NCBI GenBank assembly: GCA_030611585.1
Contig: JAUWPM010000002.1
Location: 1 to 53,665, forward strand
Source of the DNA: Methanosarcinales archaeon
Lineage (GTDB): Archaea > Halobacteriota > Syntropharchaeia > Alkanophagales > Methanospirareceae
Direction: 5' to 3'
Length of the DNA: 53,665 bases
Positions 45,868-53,665 of the stretch are shown in pieces; position 1 is the stretch's first letter; each line of letters starts with the position of its first letter. Position numbers and translations under genes: made by a program. The notes beneath the pieces were generated by a model. The model worked only from the letters and a program-made list of their open reading frames with translations. It was not told the DNA's origin and did no database searches.

Positions 45868-48800
45868 CTATATGCCGCTATGATATTCCTGAATAGACTT
45901 TACCTCTACATTCCCCGACTTTACCCTCTCTATTCCCGCTACGGTCGCCATCGCTGCCGCAGTCGTGGTAATATACGGGATTTTGTGCTGGATCGCCGCT
46001 ATTCTGATATAACTATCGTCGTGTTTACCTTTTCCACCAACCGGGGTGTTAATTACCAGTTGTATCTGGCCATTACGGATATCATCGGTTATATCTGGCC
46101 GTCCTTCGTGCAGCTTTAACGCTAATTCGGCGTTCACGCTATGTTCATCCAAAAACGACTTCGTACCTTTCGTTGCACGTATAGTAAACCCCAGCTTAGT
46201 GAGACGCGTTGCGACCTCAAGAATTTCTCTCTTATCGGTGTCTGTTGCGGAAATCAAAACTGTGCCCGCAGTGGGCAATCTCATACTCGCAGCTTCTTCC
46301 GCTTTGTAAAACGACAGTCCAAAGGAAGGCGCAATACCCAACACCTCTCCAGTACTCTTCATCTCAGGTCCCAACACCGGGTCAACGTCATGGAACATAT
46401 TGAACGGAAACACCGCTTCCTTTACACCAAAATACGGGAGTGTTTTATCACCCCTCTCCAACTTGACGACGAGGTCTCTCAACTTTTTGCCTACCATCAC
46501 CTTCGTTGCTACTTTGGCTATCGGGACGCCTGTAACCTTACTAACTAACGGGACGGTACGTGACGCACGGGGATTTGCTTCCAATATGTAAACCTTATCA
46601 TTGGCGATTGCATATTGGATATTCATCAGTCCAACGACTTTGACCGCATCGGCAATCTTCTTTGTATACTCCTCTATCTTTGCGAGATGCTGTGGTGAAA
46701 TCGTACGTGAAGGGATCACGCAGGCACTATCACCAGAGTGGATTCCAGCAAGCTCGATATGTTCCATTACCGCGGCGATATACACGTCCTCGCCATCTGC
46801 GATGGCGTCCACCTCAGCCTCAATCGCGTGCTCCAGGAATTTATCAATGAGCATTGGATATTCCGGGCTCACTTCGACCGCCGCTTTTGCATAATCCCGG
46901 AGCATCTTCTCATCATACACGATCTCCATGCCCCGACCGCCGAGCACAAACGACGGGCGCACCATCAACGGAAATCCTATTCCCTGTCCAACCGCAAGCG
47001 CCTCTTCTACTGACCGTGCGGTGCCGCTCTCAGGCTGTGGAATGCCGAGTTCATTCATCATCGCCCGGAAGAGTTCTCTATCCTCAGCTAAACGGATGCT
47101 CTCGTGACTCGTGCCCAGAATCTTTATACCTGCTTCATGAAGTTCTCGTGCTATGTTCAGAGGCGTTTGCCCGCCAAACTGCACGATTACACCCTCTGGT
47201 TTCTCCTTATCATAAATGCTTAACACATCCTCGAGAGTTAGAGGCTCGAAATAAAGTTTGTCGGAGGTATCATAATCGGTTGAGACCGTTTCGGGATTGC
47301 AATTGACCATTACCGACTCAAACCCCTCTTCTCGTAATGCGAAAGCTGCATGCACACAGGTATAATCAAATTCTATGCCCTGACCTATTCGATTAGGTCC
47401 ACCACCTAAAATCATTACCTTGCGCCTGGGCGATACACTAACTGAATCTTCGGCATTGTAGGTTGAGTAATAGTAGGCGGCGTCCGCACCGCTTACCGGT
47501 ACAGCTTCATATCCCCCCTTCTTCCCCGCATTGAGTCGCTGTGTGCGCATCTCCTCTTCTGTCTTGCCCAGTAGTTGTGCGAGGTATCTATCTGAGAAAC
47601 CATTCTCCTTCGCCTTCTTGAGCATCTCATTGGGCATGTCTTTACCGCGGAACTGCTTTAGCTCCTCCTCTAATTCTACCAGCTCTTTCATCTGGCTGAT
47701 AAACCATCTACCGATTTTTGTCATCTGGTAAAGTTCCTCAACCGACGTCCCCTTACGCAGGGCTTCATAGATCAAGAATATGCGCTCACTTGATGGGTAG
47801 ACCAATCTTGCCCTTAGTTCAGGAAGAGAAAGAGTCGCAAAATCATTCGCTCCGCCAGGACCGTACCTTTTGATCTCAAGAGAGCGAATAGCCTTTTGAA
47901 ACGCCTCTTTGAAATTCTTACCGATGCTCATCACCTCGCCCACGGCTTTCATCTGCGTCCCAAGTATGTCTTGCGTCTGCGGGAACTTCTCAAATGCCCA
48001 TCGGGCGAACTTCACCACTACATAATCTCCGCTTGGTTTATATCTGTCAAGCGTGCCCTCTTTCCAGTAAGGGAGTTCGTCAAGTGTTATACCAGTAGCG
48101 AGTTTCGCGGATATACGAGCGATAGGGAAACCAGTAGCTTTTGACGCTAATGCGGAGGACCGCGAAGTGCGGGGGTTGATCTCAATGACCACCACTCCAC
48201 CATCTTCGGGATTATGCGCAAATTGTATGTTCGTTCCACCAATTACACCGATAGCGTCAACAATCCTGTAAGAGAGTTCCTGTAACTTCTTCTGCAGCGC
48301 TTCATCTACCGTCAGCATCGGCGCCACACAGAAACTATCGCCTGTATGCACGCCCATAGGATCAACATTCTCAATAAAACAGACGGTAATCTTGTTGCCT
48401 TTTTTATCCCTGATCACCTCGAGTTCAAGCTCTTCCCAGCCCAGAACCGATTCCTCTATGAGCACCTGTCCTATTAGACTTGCAGAGATGCCACGGGTAA
48501 CAATAGTCCTCAGTTCATCTACGTTGTACGCAATCCCTCCGCCGGTTCCGCCCATGGTGTACGCAGGTCTGAGGACCACAGGATAGCCCAAGTCCTGTGC
48601 TATAGTCTCCGCTTCATCGGCAGAATAAGCGGGGGAACTCTTCGGCATTCGAATACCAAGTTCAGTCATAGTCTCTTTGAATGCAATACGGTCTTCACCG
48701 CGTTCAATCGCGTCCGCTTCTACGCCTATCATCTTAACGCCATATTTGGCCAGAATCCCTCTTTTATTGAGTTCCGCAGAGAGATTTAGCCCCGTCTGAC

Positions 48801-49074
48801 CGCCAAGGTTGGGCAGCAGAGCATCCGGGCGCTCCTTTGCTATTATCTTCTCCACGTTCTCCACGGTTAGCGGTTCGATGTATGTTCGGTCAGCCATTCC
48901 CGGATCGGTCATAATGGTGGCGGGATTGGAATTCACGAGAACGACCTCATAACCTTCCTCTTTTAGCGCCTTGCACGCCTGCGTACCCGAATAATCAAAT
49001 TCACATGCCTGGCCAATAATAATAGGGCCAGAGCCTATCACCAGCACCCTTCTGATGTTCTCGTCTTTCGGCAT
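45868..49074 (-). CDS. carB: carbamoyl-phosphate synthase large subunit
   Basis: 1068 aa. Two ATP-grasp halves (VLVIGSGPIIIGQACEFDYSG.. and VMILGGGPNRIGQGIEFDY..) and a C-terminal MGS-like domain. Confidence 0.97.
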   Translation of the reverse strand: MPKDENIRRVLVIGSGPIIIGQACEFDYSGTQACKALKEEGYEVVLVNSNPATIMTDPGMADRTYIEPLTVENVEKIIAKERPDALLPNLGGQTGLNLSAELNKRGILAKYGVKMIGVEADAIERGEDRIAFKETMTELGIRMPKSSPAYSADEAETIAQDLGYPVVLRPAYTMGGTGGGIAYNVDELRTIVTRGISASLIGQVLIEESVLGWEELELEVIRDKKGNKITVCFIENVDPMGVHTGDSFCVAPMLTVDEALQKKLQELSYRIVDAIGVIGGTNIQFAHNPEDGGVVVIEINPRTSRSSALASKATGFPIARISAKLATGITLDELPYWKEGTLDRYKPSGDYVVVKFARWAFEKFPQTQDILGTQMKAVGEVMSIGKNFKEAFQKAIRSLEIKRYGPGGANDFATLSLPELRARLVYPSSERIFLIYEALRKGTSVEELYQMTKIGRWFISQMKELVELEEELKQFRGKDMPNEMLKKAKENGFSDRYLAQLLGKTEEEMRTQRLNAGKKGGYEAVPVSGADAAYYYSTYNAEDSVSVSPRRKVMILGGGPNRIGQGIEFDYTCVHAAFALREEGFESVMVNCNPETVSTDYDTSDKLYFEPLTLEDVLSIYDKEKPEGVIVQFGGQTPLNIARELHEAGIKILGTSHESIRLAEDRELFRAMMNELGIPQPESGTARSVEEALAVGQGIGFPLMVRPSFVLGGRGMEIVYDEKMLRDYAKAAVEVSPEYPMLIDKFLEHAIEAEVDAIADGEDVYIAAVMEHIELAGIHSGDSACVIPSRTISPQHLAKIEEYTKKIADAVKVVGLMNIQYAIANDKVYILEANPRASRTVPLVSKVTGVPIAKVATKVMVGKKLRDLVVKLERGDKTLPYFGVKEAVFPFNMFHDVDPVLGPEMKSTGEVLGIAPSFGLSFYKAEEAASMRLPTAGTVLISATDTDKREILEVATRLTKLGFTIRATKGTKSFLDEHSVNAELALKLHEGRPDITDDIRNGQIQLVINTPVGGKGKHDDSYIRIAAIQHKIPYITTTAAAMATVAGIERVKSGNVEVKSIQEYHSGI

Positions 49075-49200
49075 TTTCTTGTTTTCCTAAATATTTTTCG
49101 TGCTAAAAAATTTGTTTACCGACACTATTTCTATTCTAACACCGTCTGTATCAATACTCCTTTCATCATCTGTGTTAATCTGTGTCAACAAAATATAATT

Positions 49201-49328
49201 TTAAGACACGGAGTTACACACAACTTTTTTACCTTCAGTAAAAACATTGGCTAAAATATTCCTGATGTTTTTCTTTTAGCACAGGTTTTCTTTTTGTAAA
49301 AAAGAAAACGTGTTGTGTCAACAATTTA
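49201..49328 (+). repeat. 128-bp MITE-like intergenic repeat, copy 2
   Basis: 121/128 identity to 9911-10038. It is preceded at 49172-49187 by an inverted copy of its own 5' terminus (TGTGTTAATCTGTGTC). Confidence 0.85.
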
Positions 49329-49716
49329 GGTTTTCTTGTTTATAATTCCATATACCTTGCTCATATCAATATTGCTTCGCACGAGGTCTGCTAATTTGTT
49401 GTATTCCCTATCCCAATCAATAGCACTCCTCCTGTCGCTTTTGTTTTCGTCTATACTCAACAGAGGCAGCCCTTTTTTCCGTCTTATGCAGTTCAGAAAA
49501 GCGTGTCGAAAGCCACCGTTGTCGAATATCCCGTGTATATAAGTCCCGATGACGTTGCCATCAGAAGAAACAGCGCCACCCTCATCGTCCGGAACCTTCT
49601 CCCCGGAACGGTGCGACTTTATAGCCATCCTGGGTGAATATGCGGCAAAGCGCTGCTACGATTACACTTTTGCCCACTCCTGAGCCCGTGCCTTGGACCA
49701 TTATTTTTTTCGCCAT
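49326..49716 (-). pseudogene. cobQ: cobyric acid synthase (cobQ/cbiP) internal-deletion remnant
   Basis: The N-terminal ~37 codons ([37 protein letters not shown]) are joined out of frame to the last ~85 codons (..DGNVIGTYIHGIFDNGGFRHAFLN..). The ~370 central codons are missing. Confidence 0.75.
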
Positions 49717-49911
49717 TTTATTCTCTCTTTACCTCAAACGGCGTACTTCAAGTCTTCGACGACGTAAAACTGAGATAAGCCCGATAGAAATTTCCCCACT
49801 CCGCTTTGCGTGCCAGCGACTACGAAAGCCGACTCATAGATTATTATTTGTTTATTTCTCGTAGAAAGAAAGTGTTTTCTAAAAAATAAAATGAGGAGGG
49901 AGGGGATACCC

Positions 49912-50250
49912 TCACAAAGCTTCTTCGCCCCTCTCCCCTGTTCTTACTCTTACCGCCTCTTCGACTGGCAGCACGAATATCTTACCGTCTCCGATATTAC
50001 CCGTATATGCGCGCTCTCTGATGATCTTTACCACCTTCTCCGCATCCTCGTCTCGCACGACCATGTCTATTCTCATCTTCGGCACCATCTCCATCAGGTA
50101 TTCAGTGCCGCGCCACGTGAGTTTTGCACCCTTTTGTCTGCCTCTGCCCCGTATCTCCGTTACGTTCATGCTCACCAAGTTCTCCTTCTCTAACGCGCTC
50201 TTCACCTCGTCCAGCTTCTCAGGTCTTATTATCGCCTCTATCTTTTTCAT
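49912..50250 (-). CDS. glnK: nitrogen regulatory protein P-II (GlnK/GlnB)
   Basis: 112 aa, MKKIEAIIRPEKLDEVK..TEIRGRGRQKG..GDGKIFV, located downstream of amt with a 4-nt overlap. Confidence 0.95.
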   Translation of the reverse strand: MKKIEAIIRPEKLDEVKSALEKENLVSMNVTEIRGRGRQKGAKLTWRGTEYLMEMVPKMRIDMVVRDEDAEKVVKIIRERAYTGNIGDGKIFVLPVEEAVRVRTGERGEEAL

Positions 50251-51752
50251 CCTCCTTTACCTCCCGTTTCTGAGTGCTCTTCGTTCATATTTCTCGATTC
50301 ACTCATGCGTATTACCCTCGTCGGTCTTGCTGGTTCGGTGTACACGAAATCAGGATACGTGACTATACCGTGCTCGCTGATGTCGAGACCCACAAGCTCC
50401 TCTTCCGGCGATACTCTGATTCCCACCGTATGCTTCAGCACATAAAATAGCAGGAAGCCAGTGCCGAAAGCCCATGCGAAGTTCACGACTACGCTTATGA
50501 GCTGACAGCCGAAGAACCCCGCGTTTCCGTAGAGCAATCCGGTAACAAGTGGTCCAGCAGTGGTGTAATTGCCGTAAGTCCCGTCTGCGAACAAGCCAAG
50601 TGCAATAAGTCCCCAGGTTCCGTTGAAGCCGTGCACCGGTATTGCACCAACGACGTCATCCACGCCACGCCGTTCGAGGAACCAGAAGCCGTAGCAGACG
50701 ATAAAGCCCGCTACTATTCCTATCACCACCGAAGCCCACGGCGCCACCCATGCACAGGGCGCGGTTATCGCAACCAGACCGGCAACCGCACCATTAACCG
50801 TCATCACCACGTCCGCTTTGCCAAACTTCTTCCAGGTGATGGACATCGCAGTCATGGCAGCCGCAGCCGCACACAGGTTCGTATTCATTGCTATTACTGA
50901 TATTCGCAGCTCGTGCGCGGAAAGCGTGCTACCCGGATTGAAGCCGAACCAGCCGAACCACAGGATGAACGCACCGAGCACTGCAAGCGTGATAGCGTGC
51001 CCCGGTATCGGTATGGGCTTGCCTTCTTTCGTGTATCTGCCTATTCTCGGTCCCAACAGCAAACATCCGGCGAGTGCTACGTATCCGCCAACCGCGTGAA
51101 CGACACCCGAACCCGCAAAGTCGAGTGCTCCGTATCCACCACCAAGTGCGGTCATGAAGCCTGCCGAACTCAGCCAGCCACCGCCCCAGAGCCAGTGTCC
51201 GTAGATCGGGAATATGATTGCGCTGATGACCGCACTATAAATGATATAAACGCGGAACTTCGGTCTTTCTGCAATCGCACCGCTTACTATCGTCGCCGCA
51301 GTCGCACAGAACATGAACATGAAGAACCACAAGAGGATCGTTCCAACGTCGTACGCCTCGCCCAACAAGAGAAAACCATCGGTTCCAACAAGCATGTATG
51401 CGGAAGTTCCGAGCATTAACGCACCGCCAAGCACGAAAAAGGCAATTGAGCCGACTGAAAAGTCCACCAGGTTCTTCATCAGCACGTTGGTAGTATTCTT
51501 CGCCCTTGAGAAGCCCGCTTCCAGCATTGCGAATCCCGGCTGCATGAACATCACCAAGAAACCGCAGATCAATACCCATACATAGTCCACCGGCGCCCCC
51601 GGATCATCTTCCAGCGTCCTTGCTCCCGTTGGGTCTCCAGCCATTGCCCCTGGCATCAGTGCCAGTATCGCGCTCAACGTCACGAGCGCAAGCACAAGCA
51701 CAACCGCGGCAGTCAATCGTCTACCTGATATTTCACTTTTCTCTTTTTCCAT
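50247..51752 (-). CDS. amt: ammonium transporter (Amt family)
   Basis: 501 aa, ~11 TM segments, conserved FAMLEAG, DFAGSGVVH and VHGFNGTWG blocks. Confidence 0.95.
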   Translation of the reverse strand: MEKEKSEISGRRLTAAVVLVLALVTLSAILALMPGAMAGDPTGARTLEDDPGAPVDYVWVLICGFLVMFMQPGFAMLEAGFSRAKNTTNVLMKNLVDFSVGSIAFFVLGGALMLGTSAYMLVGTDGFLLLGEAYDVGTILLWFFMFMFCATAATIVSGAIAERPKFRVYIIYSAVISAIIFPIYGHWLWGGGWLSSAGFMTALGGGYGALDFAGSGVVHAVGGYVALAGCLLLGPRIGRYTKEGKPIPIPGHAITLAVLGAFILWFGWFGFNPGSTLSAHELRISVIAMNTNLCAAAAAMTAMSITWKKFGKADVVMTVNGAVAGLVAITAPCAWVAPWASVVIGIVAGFIVCYGFWFLERRGVDDVVGAIPVHGFNGTWGLIALGLFADGTYGNYTTAGPLVTGLLYGNAGFFGCQLISVVVNFAWAFGTGFLLFYVLKHTVGIRVSPEEELVGLDISEHGIVTYPDFVYTEPARPTRVIRMSESRNMNEEHSETGGKGG

Positions 51753-51889
51753 TTTTTCCTTTTTTGTTTACCTCCTGCTCACACGTTGCTTAGACCCTCC
51801 TATTAGACTATTTGAGAACTCTGCACAAAGATTCAGAAAAAGTGTGAAAAGTCTTAAATAACAAAAACAAAAAGACTATTGATGCAGAA

Positions 51890-52435
51890 ATGAAAGCGCC
51901 GGAAAGAATTACGATAGCTATGGATCAAGAAACCTTCGCGGTGTTCAAAAAGATGAAGGAGGATTTAGGGATTTCGCAAAGTGAGCTAATGCGAGAAGCA
52001 TTGAAATTCTACAGCAAGCATAAAACGCTATTTGAATTCATCGAAGATAAGAAGGTTTATACCCATGCTGAGATGCTTTCCGCCGGCGAGCACATTATTT
52101 TAGATATAGACCACTGGCTTTTATTCCTGAACTTCATCGAATCGCATCCGGATAAGGAGAAATTCTGGGAGTTGCATCGGGAAGTGTGCCAGGCGCATGC
52201 AGAGCAGTTCAAACACAAATTTTATCGCGTAGAATATATTCTTAAACGACTCGACACGTGCAACTTATTTAAATTGAACAAAACGTCAAAAAACGAGTTT
52301 ACGCTGATCTTAGGCTCTGCGGTGCCGAAGAAATTCGTTAAAACGGAGCTTGAAGAGATATTCAAGGGGATGGGCTTCCAGGTAGAGATAAAAGAGGATT
52401 TTACAAAACTGAGGGTGAAGGTTTTGCATGAGTGA
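51890..52435 (+). CDS. ribbon-helix-helix (CopG-family) DNA-binding protein with an uncharacterised C-terminal domain
   Basis: N-terminal ITIAMDQETFAVFKKMKEDLGISQSELMREALKFY fits the RHH pattern. 181 aa. Confidence 0.55.
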   Translation: MKAPERITIAMDQETFAVFKKMKEDLGISQSELMREALKFYSKHKTLFEFIEDKKVYTHAEMLSAGEHIILDIDHWLLFLNFIESHPDKEKFWELHREVCQAHAEQFKHKFYRVEYILKRLDTCNLFKLNKTSKNEFTLILGSAVPKKFVKTELEEIFKGMGFQVEIKEDFTKLRVKVLHE

Positions 52436-52456
52436 TAATGCGATTGCTGACAAGAG

Positions 52457-53665
52457 ATGAACGCTAAAGACGGAGTAGTGGTGCTCGATTTCGGCGGGCA
52501 ATACAGCCATCTCATCGTGAGAAGGTGCAGAGATTTGGGCGTTTATGCTGAGCTTCTGCCGTATGACGTTGCAATAGAGGAGCTTAAGAGAGGAATAGAA
52601 GTAGGGGAAGGAGAAGGTAAGATTAAGGGGATTATCCTCTCCGGCAGCCCTTTTAGCGTTCACGAACCAGATAGCCCAAAATGCAGTTTTGAGATTATGG
52701 GGTTGGGCGTGCCCATTATCGGGATTTGTTACGGTGCACAGTTGATCGCGTACGTAAAAGGCGGAGTAGTGGGAAAAGGACGGAAAAGCGAATTTGGAAG
52801 GGCTGAGTTGTTATTTGAAGATTCTGAATTGTTTGCGGGGTTAATCGGAAGTGGGAGCGAGAGTGGTGGTGGAATAAGCCCTTACAGGGCTTGCGGGGTC
52901 GTGGGGCAGAGCCCCACAATAAACGTATGGATGTCGCATGGTGACGTGATAGAGCGGTTTGACGGTGCGGATATAATTGGCTATACGAGCAATTCACCGG
53001 TTGCGGCATTTCGTGTTGAGGGCGATATTTACGGTGTTCAATTTCATCCGGAGGTGCACCATACGGAAAAGGGAGATAAAATCCTGTGGAATTTCCTGTA
53101 TAAGATCTGCGGCTGCGAACGAAATTGGGCGATTGAATCGTTCGTTCGGGATAAGATAGAAGAGATAAAGAGAGAGGTGGGCAATGACGGAGGGGTGGTA
53201 TGCGGGCTCAGTGGTGGAATAGACTCTTCTACTACTGTGTTGCTCATTAACAAAGCGATAGGCGATAGACTTACGTGCATCTTCGTTGACAATGGATTAC
53301 TGCGCAAAGGCGAAAAAGAGAGAGTGCTGAACACGTTTGAGAAGAACTTCAAGATGAAACTGGTGTTCGTGGATGCGAAAGAGCGTTTCCTGAAGGGGTT
53401 GCGGGGCGTTACGGATGCCGAGGCGAAGCGGATGGTGATAGGCGAACTGTTCATAAACATCTTCGAGGAAGAGGCGAAGAAGCTTGGCAACGTGGATTTC
53501 CTCGCTCAGGGCACTATATATCCTGATAGAATAGAGAGTGCAGGGGCGAGTTCGAGCAAGGCGTCGCGGATAAAATCGCATCACAACGTGGGTGCGCTTC
53601 CCGAGAAGCTGTCGCTGAAGCTGATAGAGCCAATCAAGGATTTGTATAAGGATGAAGTGCGAGAA
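52457..53665 (+). CDS. guaA: GMP synthase (glutamine-hydrolysing), fused GATase plus ATP-pyrophosphatase form; 3' end beyond the window
   Basis: Hand-translated open frame: GICYGAQL (catalytic Cys), VWMSHGD, GVQFHPEV, P-loop GLSGGIDSS, then GTIYPDRIES..KSHHNVG. It is absent from the ORF track because it has no stop in the window. Confidence 0.95.
   Translation, partial: MNAKDGVVVLDFGGQYSHLIVRRCRDLGVYAELLPYDVAIEELKRGIEVGEGEGKIKGIILSGSPFSVHEPDSPKCSFEIMGLGVPIIGICYGAQLIAYVKGGVVGKGRKSEFGRAELLFEDSELFAGLIGSGSESGGGISPYRACGVVGQSPTINVWMSHGDVIERFDGADIIGYTSNSPVAAFRVEGDIYGVQFHPEVHHTEKGDKILWNFLYKICGCERNWAIESFVRDKIEEIKREVGNDGGVVCGLSGGIDSSTTVLLINKAIGDRLTCIFVDNGLLRKGEKERVLNTFEKNFKMKLVFVDAKERFLKGLRGVTDAEAKRMVIGELFINIFEEEAKKLGNVDFLAQGTIYPDRIESAGASSSKASRIKSHHNVGALPEKLSLKLIEPIKDLYKDEVRE
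52871..52917 (+). repeat. GC-rich double-hairpin repeat unit embedded in frame in guaA
   Basis: GGAATAAGCCCTTACAGGGCTTGCGGGGTCGTGGGGCAGAGCCCCAC. Its first 28 nt match 6723-6750 except for one loop base. Its second hairpin matches the GTGGGCAGAGCCCAC type at 6793-6806 and 1170-1186. Confidence 0.75.

Noticed and set aside
53044-53490. 148-aa minus-strand ORF
   Set aside because: It is antisense to the guaA ATP-pyrophosphatase domain, which is open to the end of the window.
1-53665. CRISPR array or cas genes
   Set aside because: All repeats found are dispersed or irregular (MITE-like elements, GC hairpins, the 140-bp duplication). None shows regularly spaced direct repeats with unique spacers.

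Overview
The window is a gene-dense archaeal chromosomal segment. The archaeal call rests on ribosomal protein S6e, aIF5B, fused ThiD-ThiN, an intron-containing tRNA-Tyr with a C1:G72 pair, and an F420/Mer-like enzyme. A Methanosarcinales/ANME-like methanogen relative is a plausible host, but this is inference only. Housekeeping genes: moaB, moeA, dnaJ, aIF5B, rps6e, thiDN, carB, amt-glnK, guaA, tRNA-Trp and tRNA-Tyr. Accessory or unusual content, in window order: (1) A reverse-transcriptase-encoding group II intron whose RT ORF is split right after YADD by a second, ORF-less group II intron (a twintron). (2) An A+T-rich defence island at about 22.0-28.0 kb. It holds a fused nuclease-methyltransferase type IIG restriction enzyme, an uncharacterised 378-aa protein with a C-terminal HEPN-like RNxxxH motif that is translationally coupled to an AbiEi/AbiEii pair, and a truncated MNT gene. 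This is my best candidate for an undescribed system. (3) A corrinoid methyltransferase cluster at 32.2-43.3 kb: PaaX-like regulator, two amber-free MttB-family genes, a corrinoid protein, an embedded SAM methyltransferase, a pterin-binding methyltransferase, a Mer-like F420 oxidoreductase, a RACo-type activase and an AOR. (4) A perfect 140-bp duplication of the AOR 3' end that brackets decayed vapBC/HTH fragments, probably a remnant of an integrated element. (5) Two dispersed repeat families: a 128-bp MITE-like element and short GC-rich hairpins. One hairpin unit sits in frame inside guaA. (6) A cobQ internal-deletion remnant. No CRISPR array and no rRNA were seen.
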